From contig CAVQMM010000001.1 of the NCBI GenBank assembly GCA_963713615.1, positions 2,016,001 through 2,080,000 of the forward strand: DNA of 64,000 bases, read 5' to 3'. Below, piece after piece: positions 61,222 through 64,000 of the stretch. Origin of the DNA: an uncultured Chlamydiae bacterium. Lineage in GTDB: Bacteria > Chlamydiota > Chlamydiia > Chlamydiales > JAJFMA01. The number at the start of each line of letters is the position of its first letter. The stretch's first letter is position 1. The position numbers and the translations under genes are program-made. The notes beneath the pieces were generated by a model. The model was not told the DNA's origin. It did no database searches and saw only the letters and a program-made list of their open reading frames with translations.

Positions 61222-62406
61222 TTAATGGGATACGGAAGACGAACCGACTTCAGGGAAACACTCCAAGAGCCCCTGCTTCCAAGGATAACACGTGACGTGG
61301 GCAAATTTCTTTGTAAAGCGATCTTGACTTAGAACGATTGCTTCACAATTTTCAATATCATTCGTAATCCTACTGAAAGCTCTAATATCCATATCACTGA
61401 TTGTATCGGAACTTTTTATTTCGATGCATAGAAGCGGCTTTCCAGGCCTTTCAATCACTAAGTCTATTTCCACATCCCCAGCCGTACGGATGAAAGAAAA
61501 TCGATAGTCCGGCTGAAAATAGCTCGCCAATCGCACAAATTCTAATAAAATGAAATGCTCGAATGCCTCCCCGTAAGCCGCCGTTTTTGGAATCAAAGGA
61601 ACCGAAAGCCTTCTGGATAAACTGCGAACTACTCCTGGATCAAAGAAATAAAATTTTGGCTTTTCAACTAAACGTTTACGAAAAGAATTATGAAACGGTT
61701 CCAAAAAGAACCCAATCATTGTATCCTCAAGAATAAAAAAATATTCTTTGACCGTCTTATCATCAACACCAACATCCCGTGCAATATTTGCATAGTTAAT
61801 AATTTTTCCATTACATTGAGCAGCCACCTCAAGAAAGCGACGAAATGGTTGTAACTTTCGTATCACTTGTTCATTCCATATCTCTTCTTTAAGATAAGTT
61901 TCTGCATACGAACGTAAAAATTCATCCTTCTCTTTATCATCTTCTAAACCAAAAATTTTAGGTAAAGTCCCCCACTGTAAGGCTCTCTCTAAATTAAATT
62001 GCTCCTTCAATTCAAAGCAAGAGAGCGCGAATAAGTGATAAACAAAAGCACGGCCAGCAAGTAAATTTGCTCCTCCATGCTTAAGTTTACGCGCGCTTGA
62101 CCCCGTTAGGACAAATACTTTATTCGTTTCTTCAATTAGGCGATGGACCTCGTCAAGTAACCTTGGAACCTTCTGTATTTCGTCGATGACTACATATAAG
62201 ATTTCTTCTGGAAGTGCTTTCACAATGGCATAAAGATGACTTGGGCTCCGAAAAAACTGATCTTCCACACCAGAGTCTAAGAGATCCAACCATAGGCATT
62301 TACTTTGATCAAACCTCTTTTTAAGTAAGGTACTTTTGCCTGTACCGCGAGGACCGAAGAGAAAAAAGCTGTGTTTATGAGAAAGGTGCCGTAAACGAGA
62401 AAACAT
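61222..62406 (-). CDS. AAA_14 + DUF4143-type ATPase with PD-(D/E)XK-like tail
   Basis: GPRGTGKST, IDEIQK, LTGSS, PKFYFFDPG, EIDLV...IEIK; more AT-rich than its neighbours. Confidence 0.88.
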   Translation of the reverse strand: MFSRLRHLSHKHSFFLFGPRGTGKSTLLKKRFDQSKCLWLDLLDSGVEDQFFRSPSHLYAIVKALPEEILYVVIDEIQKVPRLLDEVHRLIEETNKVFVLTGSSARKLKHGGANLLAGRAFVYHLFALSCFELKEQFNLERALQWGTLPKIFGLEDDKEKDEFLRSYAETYLKEEIWNEQVIRKLQPFRRFLEVAAQCNGKIINYANIARDVGVDDKTVKEYFFILEDTMIGFFLEPFHNSFRKRLVEKPKFYFFDPGVVRSLSRRLSVPLIPKTAAYGEAFEHFILLEFVRLASYFQPDYRFSFIRTAGDVEIDLVIERPGKPLLCIEIKSSDTISDMDIRAFSRITNDIENCEAIVLSQDRFTKKFAHVTCYPWKQGLLECFPEVGSSSVSH

Positions 62407-62566
62407 ATCACACTCCGAAATTGCTTGGCAATTTCGGAATATACTCCATTTTTGTCGACAAATCAAGCTCTTGATCGAACTTTTCCGGAGCATGCTCCGG
62501 TTTTGCCTGACAAAAAGGTTGTTATGCTTGAATTAGAAACGGCTCAATCGCTCTGAATAGGAGTCA

Positions 62567-62598
62567 GGATTTTTTACCACCGAAACGGTAAAAAATCC
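62567..62598 (-). terminator. Hairpin downstream of tkt
   Basis: GGATTTTTTACC-N8-GGTAAAAAATCC, 9 bp after the stop. Confidence 0.6.
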
Positions 62599-62607
62599 TA
62601 ACTATTA

Positions 62608-64000
62608 CTACAGGATTCGTTCTAGAATAGACTCTACGGTAAAGCCGAATTCTCGAGCTAATGCACTCGCCGGTGCGGATGCCCCGAAGGTCTCCATACC
62701 GATCATGATACCATCCATGCCGATGTACTTATGCCACCCGAGCTCCACACCCGCTTCGATAGCGACACGACGCCCTAGATCGCCCCCTAAAACACTCTTC
62801 TTGTATTCAGAATTTTGTGCCTCATAGAGTTCCCAGCAGGGCATCGAAATGACCCTAACGGACTTACCAAGTTTCTCAAGCTCTTGAGCGGTGTCTAAAG
62901 CCAGCCACAATTCTGATCCCGTCGCAATCAACGTGAAATCTGGCTGTCTAGCCTCTTTCTTCACGATGTAGGCACCACGTCCCATGCCATCCTGATAGCT
63001 GACATTGGTACAGTCAAGAGTCGGCAGGTTTTGACGCGACAGCACAATTGCCGTGGGACCGTTATAGCGCAAAGCAGCAAGCCATGCCATGGCGACTTCA
63101 TGAGCATCTGCAGGACGAATCAGCTGCAACTGAGGAACAGCTCGCAACGAAGCCAATTGCTCGATGGACTGGTGTGTGGGGCCATCCTCGCCCAAAAAGA
63201 TGGAGTCGTGTGTAAACTGGTAAAAAACCTTAGCGCGCTGCAAAGCCGCCAGACGAATAGCGTTGCGCATGTAGTCGGAAAAGGTAAAAAAGGTTCCAAT
63301 AAACGGTTGCAATAGGCCCGTTTGCACGATCCCTGTGGCCATTGTAGCCATTCCAAACTCACGCACGCCATACTTAATGTTCCGAGCGGTGAAAAGCCCA
63401 GGAGCTACCAAGCCACCATCTTTAATCATCGTAAGGTCAGAGCATGACAAATCTGCCGACCCGCCAATCAGCTGAGGTAATCGGCTTGCCAGGGCATTAA
63501 TAATCGCGTTGGAGGCTGCTCTGCCGGCTATCGGGCTAGCGATTTTGACCCCTTTCAAATAGGCCTCTAGGTCTTCAGGCACGGCGCCTTTGATCATCAC
63601 CTCGTACGTCTTGGCCAACTCAGGGTTCGCGCGCTGCCAAGCCGCAAACTGATCATTCCAACGGGTTTCGCGCTCAGTATCTTTCTCAAGCTTATGTGCA
63701 AAATAGTTCTTCACAGCCTGAGGGATAAAAAATTTGTCTTGTGGAATTCCTAAAGCCTCTTTGGTCAACTTCACTTCCTCTTCGCCCAAAGGAGCTCCAT
63801 GAGCTGCTGAGGTGCCAGCCTTATGCGGAGATCCCTTTCCAATGATCGTATGAGCCACAATCAGGCATGGGCGTGTCTGGTTCGTCTTGGCTTTTGTAAA
63901 AGCATGGTGAATAGCATCAAAATCACCGCCATCGATCTCCTGAACATCCCACCCGTAGGCGCGGTAACGCTCGATGGTATCTTCAGAGCAGCATTGTGAT
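62608..64000 (-). CDS. tkt: Transketolase (C-terminal part; starts outside the window)
   Basis: GGSADL, YGVREF, THDSIFLGEDGPTHQ, LSRQN, FGASAP; frame continues to the window edge. Confidence 0.96.
   Translation of the reverse strand, partial: SQCCSEDTIERYRAYGWDVQEIDGGDFDAIHHAFTKAKTNQTRPCLIVAHTIIGKGSPHKAGTSAAHGAPLGEEEVKLTKEALGIPQDKFFIPQAVKNYFAHKLEKDTERETRWNDQFAAWQRANPELAKTYEVMIKGAVPEDLEAYLKGVKIASPIAGRAASNAIINALASRLPQLIGGSADLSCSDLTMIKDGGLVAPGLFTARNIKYGVREFGMATMATGIVQTGLLQPFIGTFFTFSDYMRNAIRLAALQRAKVFYQFTHDSIFLGEDGPTHQSIEQLASLRAVPQLQLIRPADAHEVAMAWLAALRYNGPTAIVLSRQNLPTLDCTNVSYQDGMGRGAYIVKKEARQPDFTLIATGSELWLALDTAQELEKLGKSVRVISMPCWELYEAQNSEYKKSVLGGDLGRRVAIEAGVELGWHKYIGMDGIMIGMETFGASAPASALAREFGFTVESILERIL

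Noticed and set aside
1..64000. tRNA/rRNA genes
   Set aside because: No cloverleaf or rRNA signature recognised; a covariance-model scan would be needed to exclude them.

Overview
Chlamydiae-like (probably environmental chlamydia) chromosome segment; the assignment is inferred from gene order and from short HemC, paired PtsN and a CT296-like gene. About 20.7-64 kb is mostly core genome: nqrBCDE, gcvT/H/PA/PB, queF, lipoate ligase, hemH/C/D/Y/N/E, rnc, radA, sod, accD, dut, two ptsN, a frameshifted clpC and tkt. Effector-like insertions interrupt it (Ser/Thr kinase, two ankyrin paralogs, an HPD/J-domain-like membrane protein, VapBC). About 0-20.2 kb is an accessory polymorphic-toxin region: a signal-peptide RHS protein with an alpha/beta-hydrolase (lipase-like) tip, a coupled exported immunity candidate, orphan tip/immunity modules, three lipoprotein paralogs, ISAs1, IS1634 and a TetR-led cargo island. 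The strongest signal is an IS110 element (44029-45796). Its non-coding left end folds into two internal-loop hairpins whose loop strands match its own insertion target and its own circular junction, i.e. a readable bridge RNA. It targets a REP-like hairpin in a MITE family with six further empty sites in the window and sits inside a multi-level nest of repeat elements. All alignments and folds were done by eye; no searches were run.
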